Assembly (NCBI RefSeq): GCF_035594765.1
Contig: NC_085846.1
Coordinates: 21,501,190-21,565,189, forward strand
Direction of reading: 5' to 3'
Source: Anolis carolinensis
Lineage: Eukaryota
Length of the DNA: 64,000 bases
The position numbers and the translations under genes are program-made. A model generated the notes under the pieces. The model worked only from the letters and a program-made list of their open reading frames with translations. It was not told the DNA's origin and searched no databases. Each line of letters starts with the position of its first letter. Position 1 is the stretch's first letter. Below, one piece after another: positions 14,021 to 27,243 of the stretch.

Positions 14021-17000
14021 CAACCTATTTGATGGCCATAGATAAGTCATTATCTGCCTCAGTTTTGCTGCCTGCAGCAGGGGTATAATACTAGCCAATC
14101 TAAAGGAATGTTGCTGTAGTTACACATAAGGTATCTGAATATCTTTCATAGCTGAAAGCACTTCATAAAATGACCACATCACATCAGAAGATGATCTTGT
14201 TGGAGATTGAAGATGATAGATGGAGGCCCAGAGGCACCCCACAGAATGATGCCCCACTCAGCTTTGCAGAACAAATAACACAGGAATGTTTACTAAGTCC
14301 AAGAGATCAACAGAACAATGGTATTTACAATAGTCCCTCAGTTTGCTTACAGAAATCAGCAGTTACTGTATAAACAATTCTTTCATAGTCCATGGATCTG
14401 CTTCAGTGAAGATCAACAGCCAACAGGGCCTCAGAAATAGTCAGGCCTCTCTGAGTACAGATCCATCTTCTTTCCAGTCAGTACTCAGTAGACTCACGCA
14501 CACACACACAGAAAAACCTGTTCAAACTGGTTCTCCAGCAGCAGAATAGCAACAGTTACAAACCAATTCCCCAGGTCCTTGCAAACTCAGCCAATCGGCT
14601 TCATGTATTTGATTTTTTTTCCAGTTAACACATATATAGTATCTTTGCAAACCCTGACTAATACAATCTGACACCATCATATCTTCTGTGACATTCTTCA
14701 CGTTGTTATTTTCATTTCAGATTGCTCCTTGGATGTTCTTGGGTCTGTCTGCTACAAACCATGCTTGGAGTGAACCAGATTCCATTCCTGGCACTGGCAA
14801 CATCCTTGCATTGCTTTCCTCTTTGTTCTCATTATATATATTTTAAAAATTCTCCCTGGAGGGGGAATAGGCCTCTTGGGAAATGTGACGATAATGACCT
14901 TTAATTGAAACAACTTTCTAAGAGAATGGTTAGAAAGGCAGGTCTCTTGCCATTGCTCCGCCTGAAGCATACATAAGCTCCAGGGAAGGGTTGGCAATGC
15001 CTCCGATCCTCCTACCCAGAGAGACAATGGGTTAATTAGCTCTCACTGGATGCCATTAAAAGTTTCCACTTTTTGAAAACAGTCCTAACTGCCAATAGCC
15101 TCTCCGGAGATGGAAGAAGCAGCTGGCATGTTCACCTTTGGTTTGCTGCCAAGAAAGGCATCTCCTCCCCTTCCTTCTGCTCCTCACGCTCTATTCTGCT
15201 TTTTTGCAGCAAAGGCATTGTGCATTGTCTAAGGCTGGAGCAGATGGTGGGAGAGGACTGGTGGCAGCCAGTTCTCAGTGGAGGCATGGCCCATGTGCAC
15301 AACCACTTTATTTCCTTGATGCCAAAAGCAGAGTCTAAATACAGCAAACAGCCAATCTGTGCTCTTGGGATACCCAGTTAGTGAGCAATGACCAGAGATC
15401 TTCATACTGACAGGTAACTATTTTTCAGGGGATTTCAAATCATTGGGTCAGGAAGCATTTAAGGAAATTGCATTGTAACCGTGATTGCAGGACAAAGAAA
15501 CTGGTGGCAAACAGGAGATACAGATGGTTCATCCACACAATGATGACTGCTGACCATTTCCATATGAATAATAACCCACATATATGTGAACCAACACACA
15601 CATATAGAAGTGGACCCTTGGTATCAATTGGGTTTTTTTTTACCACAACTCATCTACACATTCCAAAATCTGTAGATGCTTAAGCCACATTATATGCAGT
15701 GGTGTCTTTTATATAAAACGGGAATCAAAAAATATTTTCTAGCTGTGGATTGTTTAATCTGTGGATGCAGATCAATTGATACAGAGACAGACAGATGTAC
15801 CCCTCTCTCCATAAATGTATCAAAAGATCTTTGGGGATCTTTCCACACATGTAAAGTGCTATGATTCCACTTTAACTACCACAATCTGGAATTCAGTAAG
15901 GCAGTTATTAATGTGTAGCCCAGAGTTGAACATTCCTGAATAGTTTGCATTCATGAGTCCTACATATCCCCTAATTTAAGGCAACTGCAGTAGTTATAGT
16001 TGATAGAGAATTCTGCCCATTTCCCCATCCTATGGAATTCTAGGTTTTGCAGTTTACAGAGAATCATTTACAGTTCTTAGCCAGAGAGCTCTGCTGTATC
16101 ACCAAACTAAAAAATCCCAGGATACTTTAGGATGTTTCTATAACAGTTAAAGTGGAATACATTTCAGCCCTCCATACCCATGGATTTAACCATTCATGTA
16201 TTGAAAACGATCCAAAATACCCCCCCCCCCAAAAAAAAACCCATTGATTTTGGCTTTTAAAATAAGGGACACTGTTTTGCTATTCCTTTGTATATAATAG
16301 GAACTGAGCATTCAATTTTGGTATCCACAGGAGGTGGAATGAGGGGGTTGGAACAAAATGCCAGTGGATACCAAGAACCAATTGCAGTATGTAACATGAT
16401 CTCAAACTGACTTAATTCTAGGACAGGTCTGGAACTACGCCCCCTTACCAGCACAAGAAAAGCAACTAATATATATTAAAAAATCATAAAGAGTTGTATG
16501 ACAATTGATGTGGGTTTTTCAGAGACGATGGGGAAGAATGCTCCTATCTTTCAAGGAAATGGGCTCCAAACCTCTGCTTGACTTTACATTGACTCTGCAA
16601 GCCATGACATCTTTTGACAGATGCTGTGTACAATGATCTTCTGAGGAGCAGCGCAGTTAATAAGTACAATTACAATTTTATTTTATGTTGTGGTCAAGGA
16701 TTGGCAAGACCAAAAAATATTACATCCACTTATAAAATGTACCAGGCAGAAGCACAGTCAAAAGCACACCCAGTTCTATCTTGGGGATGTACTGTTCCTA
16801 TAAAAGGGTGGGAATCATGTTTCTAAAATCCAAGGACTGGAATCATGCCGTCTGTCAGATATTCTTGGGCTCCAACTCCCAACATTTTTTATCATTGCTA
16901 TCTCCTGAAACTTGCAGCCTGGTCGCATGATTCCCATCCCTGGAATAAACAATAGCCTGGAATGAGGAAAAGAACAGTTAAGTAGCTGACCAGTCCAGAA

Positions 17001-17274
17001 CCTGGAAAAGTTACTTTCATTGGACCATGGTTTCAATGTTGGTTGGAGGCTTTTGGGCATGATAGCACAAAGAAACTAACTTCTCCAGACAAAACCCAAC
17101 AATTGTTTGTGTAGAATCACAAAATTATAAAATTCTATCATGTGCCATTTGTCATATGTAGTGTTTCATAATAACGATTGTACATTTCCTCAGCTCTACT
17201 ACAGATCTGGTCACCTATCGGGAATCTGTATCAAGCCTTTGGTTATTGAATGAAACCATGATTCATGGGATCAA

Positions 17275-17938
17275 CAGCAGTATGTGTGAAAAAGACCTTA
17301 GAGTCCTCATGGACAACAAGTTAAACATGAGCCAAAAATGTGATGCGGCAGCTAAAAAGGCCAACGAAATTTTGGCCTGCATCAATAGGAATCTAGTGTC
17401 TAGATCCAGGGAAGTCATACTACCCCTCTATTCTGCCTTGGTCAGACCACACCTGGAATCACACTGTGTCCAATTCTGGGCTGGAAAGTGTCCAGAGGAG
17501 GGTGACTAAAATGATCAAGGGTCTGGAGAACAAGCCCTATGAGGAGCGGCTTAAACAGCTGGGTATGTTTTAACTGCAGAAGAGAAGGCTGAGAGGAGAC
17601 ATGATAGCCATGTATAAATATGTGAGGGGAAATCATAGGGAGGAGGGAGCAAGCTTGTTTTCTGCTGCCCTGCAGACTAGGACGCGGAACAATGGCTTCA
17701 AACTACAGAAAAGGAAATTCCACCTGAACATCAGGAAGAACTTCCTCACTGTGAGGGCTGTTTGGCAGTGGAACTGTCTCCCCCGGACTGTGGTGGAGGC
17801 TCCTTCTTTGGAGGCTTTTAAGCAGAGGCTGGATGGCCATCTGTTGGGGGTGCTTTGAATGCGATTTCCTGCTTCTTGGCAGGGTGTTGGACTGGATGGC
17901 CCATGAGGTCTCTTCCAGCTCTATGATTCTATGATTCT
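17275..17938 (+). mobile_element. CR1 LINE 3' fragment
   Basis: Broken ORFs [18 protein letters not shown]...[14 protein letters not shown] and RKNFLTVRAV..WN.LP..VVEAPSLEAFK.RLD; (ATTCTATG)n tail. Confidence 0.9.
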
Positions 17939-19413
17939 AGGAATGGCATATCATGTCACACTGATTGTGCATCCAATTCAGTATTGTTTATGCCGAAGAA
18001 TTTGGAAAAATTAACTTTTGTTTGGTCCAGTAATTCCCAGAATGCGCCAGCCACCATGGAGGGTGTCCTTTTCTGGATGAGATATTATGGAAGTTGTAGA
18101 CTGCCACTGAATACCAGGTCCTGTAAGCTATATGCCAGATAAAGAAACTGTGAAAAATACCTCCATGTATTCCTTCCCTTAAGAAAACCCAATGAAATGT
18201 ATGGAGTCACTATAAATACATAGGCAACTTGAAGGCACAGTCCTAAAAAGTAACCCTTTCAAGCTGTTGTGACTATCAGAGGCTCTCCATCAAGGAGACA
18301 TCTTTCATACAACATGTTACCAAAGATTCTTATTACCAGAGGTTGAATCTGAAATAAACCGCATGTAATACAAATAGATAGAGTTATGATCATCCTCCAA
18401 AATTCCACTGAATGCCATATATTTCCGTAGTTAAGGAATACAAACACATACTGTTTTATTTCCTGTAGAGAATGGTTAAATAGCAGGAAAAGGCTCGGAC
18501 AGCACCATTAAGGTCCACCACCTCACCCCTTTTTCAGAAGCCTCATAAACTAACCGTAATACTATTAAGCCAGTTTTCCCAGGTAACATGTATTGGGAGT
18601 TGAAGTCCAACACAGCTAGAGGCCGACAGTCTCTGGGAAAGCTGCCAGAGATTATAAGAATATACCCAAGGCTGCCCACTTGATTATTTTTCAATATGGC
18701 AGTAAAGAATGTGCATTTCCAGTTTCTTGTTACTGAACCCAAGAGCAGCTCTGTTCGATCATAGTTTGAATGAACTTTCCTAAAGAGATCAGCCAGATGC
18801 CACTGGGGACAAGGCCATCAAAGTAACAGATTTCTCCAGTTGGTTCCTCCCAGCAAGTTGTGTATACTTGTACTGTGGCTATTATCCATGTTGGACCACT
18901 GGTTCATATACCCAGCATTGTTCAAAACTCCCCAATGACTCATAAAAAGTTCCTTCTCAGTTTAGCATTAATGGAGGATCCTTCAGATGGAAAGGCAAAC
19001 AGTCGAATCTGTGACTTTATCCAAGCAAAGCATGTTCTACCACTAAATGTCAGGCAGGCTAGGGATGCTGTTGCAAACATCACAGCAAAGGCAGCTATGC
19101 CCCCGATCCTCAGCCCAAAACTCTTGATTTAATATATCCCAGACACATGACACTTCCATGCTCCACATTTGAACCTACAGGTTGCCTCACTTACGCATCA
19201 GCTCCTGAAATATTATTATTTTATTATTATGTTTATTTATATCCTGTTTTTCTCTCCACAAGGAGACTCAAATATCTGCCCCATAGGAGTAGACATCCTG
19301 GATAAAATAGTGTTCCAAGCCACAAAACACTGCGGTGGAACAATTCCAGGCTGGACTGCAGGCTGCCACACCACTTTTGTCAAATACATCACAGCCTCTT
19401 ATTGCCCAATGTC

Positions 19414-19973
19414 CTATGCTGTGTGAGGCTGCATGGACGCCTCTGAAGCTGGATCCCCTTTCCAGGCTGCAACCGACCCTTCTCCTGTCGTCTCCCCCTT
19501 CCAACCCACTAGGTTGCCATCCCCAGGAGCTGGATCCCCAGCTTTCCAAGCAACAATGGCACTCTCAGCTGATGGCTCTCCAGTCTTCCATGCTGTAGTG
19601 GTGCCAGCAACATTGCCTTCGATGGCCGGCACAGTGCCAGCAACATTAGGCTTCTCCTTCCAGTCAGTAGAAGAAGTGGTTGGTGCCATGGCGCCTGGGG
19701 CCTCGGGCTGCCCACCTTTCCAGGCAGTATGGGTGGTCATGTGGCGCTCCAGCAACGTGCGGTGGGAGAAGTACTTGTTGCAGATGCAGCACTGGAAGCG
19801 TTCGGGGCGGTGGGTGCGCATGTGGACATTGAGGGAACTCTTTTGAGTGAAGCGCTTGCAACAAATAGAGCACTGGAAGGCACGCACCCCTGTATGGGTC
19901 ACCATATGCTTGAGCAGGTAGTCCCTCAGGGAAAATGAGCGCCAGCAGATGCTGCACTGGTGGGGCTTCTCAC
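19414..19973 (-). CDS. ZBTB45: ZBTB45 last coding exon (fingers 2-4 and C-terminal tail)
   Basis: Acceptor TCTTTCTTCCCCGGCAG|; stop TAG at 19414-19416. Confidence 0.92.
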
Positions 19974-22900
19974 CTGCCGGGGAAGAAAGACAACAGTGTT
20001 TAAGTTTTGCATTTTGGTTGATCTATGCTTTATTAACATGCTGCTGGAGACAGGCACACACAACACAGTAAGATTGGCTAGAGCAGAATATTGTTCTTGC
20101 TCAGTTCATGTTTTATAGCATTATTTACTGCATACACATTGCTGTAACTGAACACCAATAGTCTGTGTATTTGCAGCTGCCCCTCACCATTATTGTGATG
20201 CTGATGCTGCTAAAAATCCTGCAGCTAGACTGAAGACAAGGAGGAATTTGTTACCAGGAGCTTTTCCCCCCAAAGATTTTGTTACGAAGATATTATAAGT
20301 ATATAATGTATGTATACAATGGGTTTGGGTTTTTTCCAGGAACCTCTGTGGATACCAAAATCCATCGATGCTCAAGTCTCATCATATGCAGTAAAAAGGT
20401 ATCACTTATAAGGTAAAAGTAAAGGTTTTCCCCTTACATTAAGTCTAGTCATGTCCGACTCTGAGGGTTAGTGCTCATCTCCATTTCTGAGCCGAATAGG
20501 CGGCATTGTCCATAGACATCTCTAAGGTCATGTGGCCAGCATGACTGCATGGAGCGCCATTACCTTCCCACCGGGGCAGTACCTATTGATCTACTCACAT
20601 TTGTATGTTTTTGAACTGCTAGGTTGGCATAAACTGGTGCTAACAGTAGGAGCTCACCCCGCCATTTGGATTCGAACGGCCGACCTTTTGGTCAGCAAGT
20701 TCAGCAGCTTAGCAGCTTAACCTGCTGCGCCACCAGGGGTATCCCTTATATAAAGTGGCAAAATCAAGGTTTGCTTCTTTGAAATTTATTTTTAAAATTT
20801 CAAGCCATGGATGACCGAATCCATTGATGCAGAATCCATAGTTACAGAAGAGCAACTGCATATAGATACCTGTTAACAAGCTCTCTGACAAACAAATTCC
20901 CCTTTTACAAAGTTTTATTACTTTTTACAACTAAATTCCTCCTTGTCCTCTGTAAATAATTAAAATACTGAATGATATGGAAAAAATCAGATTGCACAGA
21001 AATTCTTAGCAATAAAACATTTTCTCTTGCCCACTCAGGAGCCAACACGGGGCAGCAAGTGAGCAAATGTGGCTTTTTAGGTGTTGTTGGTCCCTTATTC
21101 TATCACCACTGGCTATGCTGGCAAGGGCTGATCGAATATGTAGTTCAACAAGATCTGGAAGGTCACGTGTTATTGATTCTTGCCTTAGCATTTTTTTAAG
21201 CAAGTGATTTGTAGTGCATGTAGGTAGTACCAGATTCAATCAATAAATCACCATAAATACTACAGTAGAGTCTCACTTATCCAAGCTAAACAGGCCGGCA
21301 GAAGCTTGGATAAGCGAATATCTTGGATAATAAGGAAGGATTAAGGAAAAGCCTATTAAACATCAAATTAGGTTATGATTTTACAAATTAAGAGCCAAAA
21401 CATCATGTTATACAACAAATTTGACAGAAAAAGTAGTTCAATACGCAATAATGTTATGTTGTAATTACTGTATTTATGAATTTAGCACCAAAATATCACG
21501 ATATATTGAAAACATTGACTACAAAAATGGCTTGGATAATCCAGAAGCTTGGATAAGCGAGGCTTGGATAAGTGAGACTCTACTGTACGAGGTAGCTTTT
21601 CTATGCAACCAGGCATGACCTCAACATTACATTTTCCTTGTGCCTTTCCTGCATCTTATCACCATTCATCCATCTTTTAAAAATTCCCAATAGTTGGCTT
21701 CCAGATTTGTTTGGACTACAACTCCCACCACCCCACACAATTTGCAACAATGGAGGATTTAATGGGAGTTGTATTCTATCCATCTACGGGAGTCACTCTC
21801 CCCTAGTCTTGTAAGGTGATCAAACTGTGAACAAGTTCATGATGTGCCTACTACTGTCCACAGAAGGCCTTGCTCTGCTCTTCCTCACCCAAACCCAGAC
21901 ATTCCAACCCTCTGTATGTGCATTACCGGAATGGATGAACATATGCTTGGTGTAGTTTTTGCGGGAGCTGAAGGTTTTCTGGCAATGGCTGCATTGGTAA
22001 GAAGGCTCAGAGCACCGTGAGGGACCTGGCTGTTGATTCTGCTGCTCTCCGCCGTGCATGGCGCCCGAGCCCATATTGCTGGGGCCAAGCTGCACCATGT
22101 TAGTGCCACCTGCATCCTGCTGCTGTGGTTGCTGCTGGATACTGTAGAAACTCTGAGCCACCCCACTAGGTTGGGGCAGATGAAACTGGAAGATGCTGGT
22201 GGTGCTGGTGGCTGCGTTGGCACTGCTGACTTCGGGTTTAAGCTCCCGTTGGATGCCCAGTGAAGAGACAAAGGCCAACCCCCCACCACTGTTAGTGCTG
22301 CGTGGTGGGAATGCAGAAGAGGGTCCGCCCAAGTCTGGCTTGAACTCCCCTGCCAAGCTTCTCAAGTTGGAGATCTCCAAACCACAATCCGAGTGGAACT
22401 TCTCCCTGTCTCGGGTGACAGAAGCTGTAGCCTCTTCATTGCTTTCTTCTCCCTGCCAGGAGGGGATGAAGGACTCTGAAAAAACATCCTGGTTCCCAAA
22501 AAAATCCTGTCCCTCAGCAGTGGCATAATCCATGTGGATGCTCTCCTTCCGGTTAGCACCACTAGTGTTCCCAGAATTCTTTGTATCTGTCTCATCAGGA
22601 AACCCAGCAGGGAAGTTAGTGCTCCCACCACACTCGGCAAAGCAGCTCAATTTGCCTTCTGGTTCTGAAGTGGCAGTAGTTGCCACCACACCTTCCCTGC
22701 TTTCCCTGCCTGCTTCCTCTTCGTCCTTGATGATGACAGGCATTACTTCAGACAGCTGGAGCCTTACCGGCTGACGCTGCTTGCGGCTATGGCAGCTGGG
22801 TGTTGCCTCTGCTGGGTGCAAATAAGCCCCTCCAGCTTCCCCATCACTGATGCCCCCCTCGCAAGTGGCTCCTCTCGCCTCCCTGTGTTGGGAAGAGAGC

Positions 22901-23466
22901 AAGTCCCGCAACTTATAGCGCACCTCTGAGGCGCAAAGCAACTTGGGAGCTTCAAGGTGAGTGGCCTCGATGTCACTAGGTCGTGAGACACTGGCAATGG
23001 CCTCTTTGGAGGTCAGCTGCTCTTGAGGCTTGGCAGGGAGAACCCTGGGGATAGAGAGGGAGACTGGTGGAGGAGCCGTGGGGGGCTTAGGGCTGCGGCT
23101 CTGAGAGATGATCTGGGTGCATTCGTCAATGACGGTCTTGATCTGGAGGATGGAGGCCGCTGTGAGGATCTGCAGTGCTTCGGATTGGGCCACCACCAGT
23201 GAGCCGCTGTACATGAATTCCACAAGCTGGCGTACCACTTGGCTAGGCACCACCGGTGGCACCTCGATCTCCGAGTAACCCAGCAGCAGCTTGTCATGGA
23301 AGAAAGGGCTGCCGGCGGCCAGCACGCACCGGTGGGCACGAAGAGTAGCCTCCTGAATATGCACTGTTACATCGCAGAAATGGCCACCCAGCCTCTGCCC
23401 ATTCAGGGTCTCTAGGAGAGACTTGCTGAAGTTCTGGAGGTGGATGTAATGGACAGCTTCAGCCAT
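19414..23466 (-). CDS. ZBTB45: Zinc finger and BTB domain-containing protein 45; complement(join(19414-19973,21927-23466)), 699 aa
   Basis: BTB domain [35 protein letters not shown] and fingers [84 protein letters not shown] match ZBTB45 as recalled. The phase-1 GT-AG intron restores SGEKPH; total CDS 2100 nt. Confidence 0.93.
20410..20739 (-). mobile_element. Sauria SINE
   Basis: (ACCTTT)n-type tail and body CTATTGATCTACTCACATTTG shared with the other copies. Confidence 0.85.
21263..21585. mobile_element. Tc1/mariner MITE in the ZBTB45 intron
   Basis: Same TIR and TA TSD as 11286-11608. Confidence 0.9.
21927..23466 (-). CDS. ZBTB45: ZBTB45 first coding exon (BTB, linker, finger 1)
   Basis: ATG at 23466; donor TCCG|GTAATG; probable upstream acceptor TTTCAG| at 23554 with a pyrimidine tract. 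Confidence 0.92.
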
Positions 23467-24814
23467 GCCAACCTGTGTCCTATGGCCAAACCCTTCTGAA
23501 GAATAGTGTACATCAAAAAAGGAGAGATCTTGCGAAGAATTCTATAGTACGATCCTGAAATATATGATGGAAAGAGGAAAAGTAAAGCAGATGTAAAGGG
23601 TTTTATTACAGTGGACCCTCAGTATCCACAGAAGGATGGCTCAAGTACCCTTCACAGATACACCCCCTCTTCTAAAATGCATGCTCAACTCCCTAATAAA
23701 AATGGGAGATAACAGAAAAAAATATACACATTACCTTGTTTGATAAAGAAGTCAATTGATAACTTTGTAAAAAGAATGGGAACCATTTATAAAGAAAAAA
23801 GCAAACGTAAAAATGCTTGAAGATTGAGTCAAACAATGAGATAGCAAACTAGAACGAAAAAAAGTCTATAAAAGATTAACAGGAACATAATATTTTCATC
23901 GCATGTCTTAGAGGTCTAAAGTCCATTTTAACCTTTTAATTTTATTATTTCAATGATTGTTTTTTTAGTCAGGAGGGTGGAGACAGGTAGTTTTTTATGT
24001 TTTAATATCTGAAAGATTATTTATAATTGATATGTATATATTTTTATAGTTTTATAATATTATATTTTACTATTGTAGTTATTGTCTGAATTTTGCATTG
24101 AACTATCACCATAGTTGTAAGCCACCCTGAGTCTTTCTTTGAGGGTGAGAAGGGCGAGGTATAAGAACAGTAAATAAATAAATAAATAAATAGTTTTCAT
24201 TGGTGCATAAAGTGGTGTAAGTCATATATGGGGAAATTCTTGTCTTTACAAATTGTACAACAACACTCATATTGCTGAAAAACCTAATAAATATATATTT
24301 AAAATATGCAAGATGAAGTCCAGACTAAAAAGGGCATTTGGCAGTTGTGAACTGTAACCTCAGCAACCACAGACAGTATCATCAACAGTAGAGAATGGGG
24401 AAACAGAATGTGTAAGGGGTCCAGACAAACCATATCCCAAAATACAAAACATGGACAATCTTGCATTTTTTCAAAACTGCAATAACAACTAACTATACCT
24501 CTGTATCAAAGACAGACATTAAGTCATCCTACTATGGGACTAACTCTCACGGGGCTGAAAGGTGTGGAGGTCCGACAACATCTGCAGGATCGCAGGGTTA
24601 TCTATGCCATGTTTTTCTAAACCACACAATCCTGGCACAGAAGAGGGGAAGAAGAGAAATAAACATTCAGCACTCCACAGCCAAATCATTTCTGATAGTA
24701 ATGATACAAAAGAGGTTTGGAGATTTGGGGGAGAGGAGCTCAATGGAAAGCATTTTGCTCCTATTTCCAGCCATTGTTTTTTTCCCAATGGAAAGAAATA
24801 CCTCTGAATCAATA

Positions 24815-25412
24815 CAGGCTGAGTATCCCTTATCCAAAAATGCTTGGGACCAGAAGTGTTTTGGATTCTGGAATATCTGCCTATAGGTAAAGGTAAAGGT
24901 AAAGGTTTTCCCCTGACATTGTCTAGTCGTGTCGACTCTGGGGGTTGGTGCTCATCTCCATTTCTAAGCCAAAGAGCAGGTGTTGTCCGTAGACACCTCC
25001 AAGGTCATGTGGCCAGCATGACTGCATGGAACGCCGTTACCTTCCCACCGGAGCGGTACCTATTGATCTACTCACATTGGCATATTTTCGAACTGCTAGG
25101 TTGTCAGAAGCTGGGGCTAACAGCCGGACAGGAGCTCACCCTGCTCCCCGGATTCAAACCACTGATCATTTTGCCAGCAGGTTCAGCAGCTCAGTGGTTT
25201 AAAATATATAGGCGACAGGGTATAAGTCTAAACGCAGAATTCATTTACATTTCATATACATCTCATCCGCATAATCTGATGGTAATTTCATTCACAATAT
25301 TTTAAATAGTCCTGTACATGAAACAAAGTTTGTGTCCAGCAAACCACTGGAAAACAAAAGTCTTACAATCCCAGCCATTTTGGATTTGGGAGGATTTCGG
25401 ATTTCTGGATAA
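24815..25412. mobile_element. Tigger4/MER46-like MITE interrupted by a Sauria SINE (about 24885-25200, - strand)
   Basis: TA-CAGGCTGAGTATCCCTTATCC..AAATGCTTGGGACCAGAAGTG at the start and GGATTTCGGATTTCTGGATAAGG at the other end, with SINE body in between. Confidence 0.65.
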
Positions 25413-25414
25413 GG

Positions 25415-25614
25415 CAGGCATGGGCAAACTTGGGCCTTCCTCCAGGTGTTTTGGACTTCAACTCCCACCATTCCTAACAGCCTCAGGCCCCTTCCTTTTC
25501 CCCCTCAGCCGCTTAAGCGGCTGAGGGGGAAAAGGAAGGGGCCTGAGGCTGTTAGGAATGGTGGGAGTTGAAGTCCAAAACACTTGGAGTAAGGCCCAAG
25601 TTTGCCCATACCTG
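25415..25614. mobile_element. hAT MITE forming a spacer-less 200-bp palindrome
   Basis: 100-bp arms centred at 25514/25515 (GCTT|AAGC); three mismatches by eye. Confidence 0.88.
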
Positions 25615-25759
25615 GTGTAGACCAACACCTAGTAGTCCAATGCTCTCAAACCATGCTGGCTCTTAAAGGCACAGCCTACTTTCTCTTAATTGTATGCTTC
25701 CCAGGGCTGAGCCCTGCCTGCCCTCTTCCCCCCTCAGTGGGAATGATTGACAGTCCTCT

Positions 25760-26000
25760 GGAGTCCCGCCCCCCAATAAGGAAAAAGCAACCCAAGCAAT
25801 CACATTACCTGAGAATCCTAGGGGATCAGAGAGCAATGGGAGCCGGAGGGGGCGTGTCCGTCAAGGCGTTGTGGGCGTGGCTTCCGAGGGGCGGGGCCCT
25901 GCTCGCTTACTTCCTGTGACCTCCTCCTTCCGCACACGTCCCCATCCCTCCGCCTCCTCTCCCAACGCTCGCCCATAGAGATAGAAAAATTAGAGCCACG
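25760..26000 (-). promoter_or_regulatory. ZBTB45: ZBTB45 promoter / non-coding first exon
   Basis: CpG-rich; GC boxes (GGGGCGGGGC at 25888, CCCGCCCCC at 25765), ETS motif CAGGAAGT, CCAAT. Candidate minus-strand donors GAA|GTAAGC (25911/25910) and CAG|GTAATG (25809/25808). Confidence 0.6.
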
Positions 26001-26383
26001 CACACAAGATCAACCAGCGGGTTTCATGCATGACCCTATGGAGAATGAAAGAAGCACATTCACCCATCCCATTGGCAATTTAAGGAGAAGTGTTCACAAC
26101 GTTCCGCCAGGGGGAGCCAGTGCTCACCAAATAGCAGATCCTAGGATTTCAATTCAAGCCGAATGATAGTGAGTTGCTGTGAGTTTTCCGGGCTGGACTT
26201 CCCACAGATATCCCTAACCAATGCCATATCCCTTCCCACAGAATCCCTAACCATATGTTGCTAGTGTTCTTGGGAGGTCAAAGTCCAGCAACATCTGGGA
26301 CTGAACATTCAAATTTATGTGAATCTAAATTTCATAGATTTCCAGTGTCCCTTACAAATTGACAGTCTAAATGGGAAAATATA

Positions 26384-26706
26384 CAGTAGAGTCTCACTTA
26401 TCCAAGCTAAACGGGCCAGCAGAAGCTTGGATAAGCAAATATCTTGGATAATAAGGAGAGATTAAGGAAAAGCCCATTAAACATCAAATTAGGTTATGAT
26501 TTTACAAATTAAGCACCAAAACATCATGTTTAACAACAAATTTGACAGAAAAAGTAGTTTAATACGCAGTAATGTTATGTTGTAATTACTGTATTTACGA
26601 ATTTAGCACCAAAATATCATGATATATTGAAAACATTGACTACAAAAATGGCTTGGATAATCCAGAAGCTTGGATAAGCGGGTGTTGGATAAGTGAGACT
26701 CTACTG
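26384..26706. mobile_element. Tc1/mariner MITE
   Basis: Same TIR and TA TSD as 11286-11608. Confidence 0.9.
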
Positions 26707-26719
26707 TATATATAAATAG

Positions 26720-27095
26720 TCCTTGCTTAGTTTTTCCATACCTCACAACCTCTGAGGATGCCTGCTATAGATGTGGGCGAAACGTCAGGAGAGAATATTT
26801 CTGGAACATGGCCACCCAGCCCGAAAGACATAGAACAACCCAGTTTTCCGGGCTGTATGGCCATGTTCAGGAAGCATTCTCTCCTGACGTTTTGCCCACA
26901 TCTATGGCAGGCATACCTCAGATGTTGTGAGGTCTGTTGGAAACTAGGCAAGTGAGGTTTATATATCTGGTGACAAGTGTTAACGTTTCAATTAATCACC
27001 TTGGTTAGCATTGAAAAGCCTTGCAGCTTCAAAGCCTGGCTGATTCCAACCTGGGGGAATCCTTTGTTGGGAGGTGTTAGCGGGCCCTGATTGTT
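26720..27095. mobile_element. Penelope-like element, inverted terminal-repeat pair
   Basis: About 26720-26840 sense and 26840-27095 antisense. Confidence 0.75.
26749..26789 (+). ncRNA. Minimal type I hammerhead ribozyme motif (Penelope-derived), best-preserved copy
   Basis: CCU-CUGAGGA-U-GCCUGC(UAUAGAU)GUGGGC-GAAAC-GUC-AGG: core intact, 6-bp stem II, predicted cleavage after C26786. Confidence 0.65.
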
Positions 27096-27243
27096 AACAG
27101 AACAACACTCTGGTGAGATCCTGATCTCTGTCCTGGAACGTTCACAGTCAGGTGGCCTTCAGTTTCAGCAGGTCTTAAAAAACTGACATTTTAGGCTTCA
27201 AATGTTCATCATAGTGTCTCAAATGAGGCTCCAGAGATTCCTA

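Noticed and set aside
14197-14673. Possible solo LTR (TG...CA ends)
   Set aside because: No convincing TSD or recognisable family, so it is left uncalled pending a repeat search.
19966-19975. AG|GTGAG at the ZBTB45 last exon, resembling a recursive splice site
   Set aside because: It is explained by Gly-Glu linker codons in a phase-1 intron, and there is no other support.
21820-21926. ZBTB45 ORF continuing as [11 protein letters not shown]...
   Set aside because: Read-through into the intron past the GT donor; splicing restores the SGEKPH linker.
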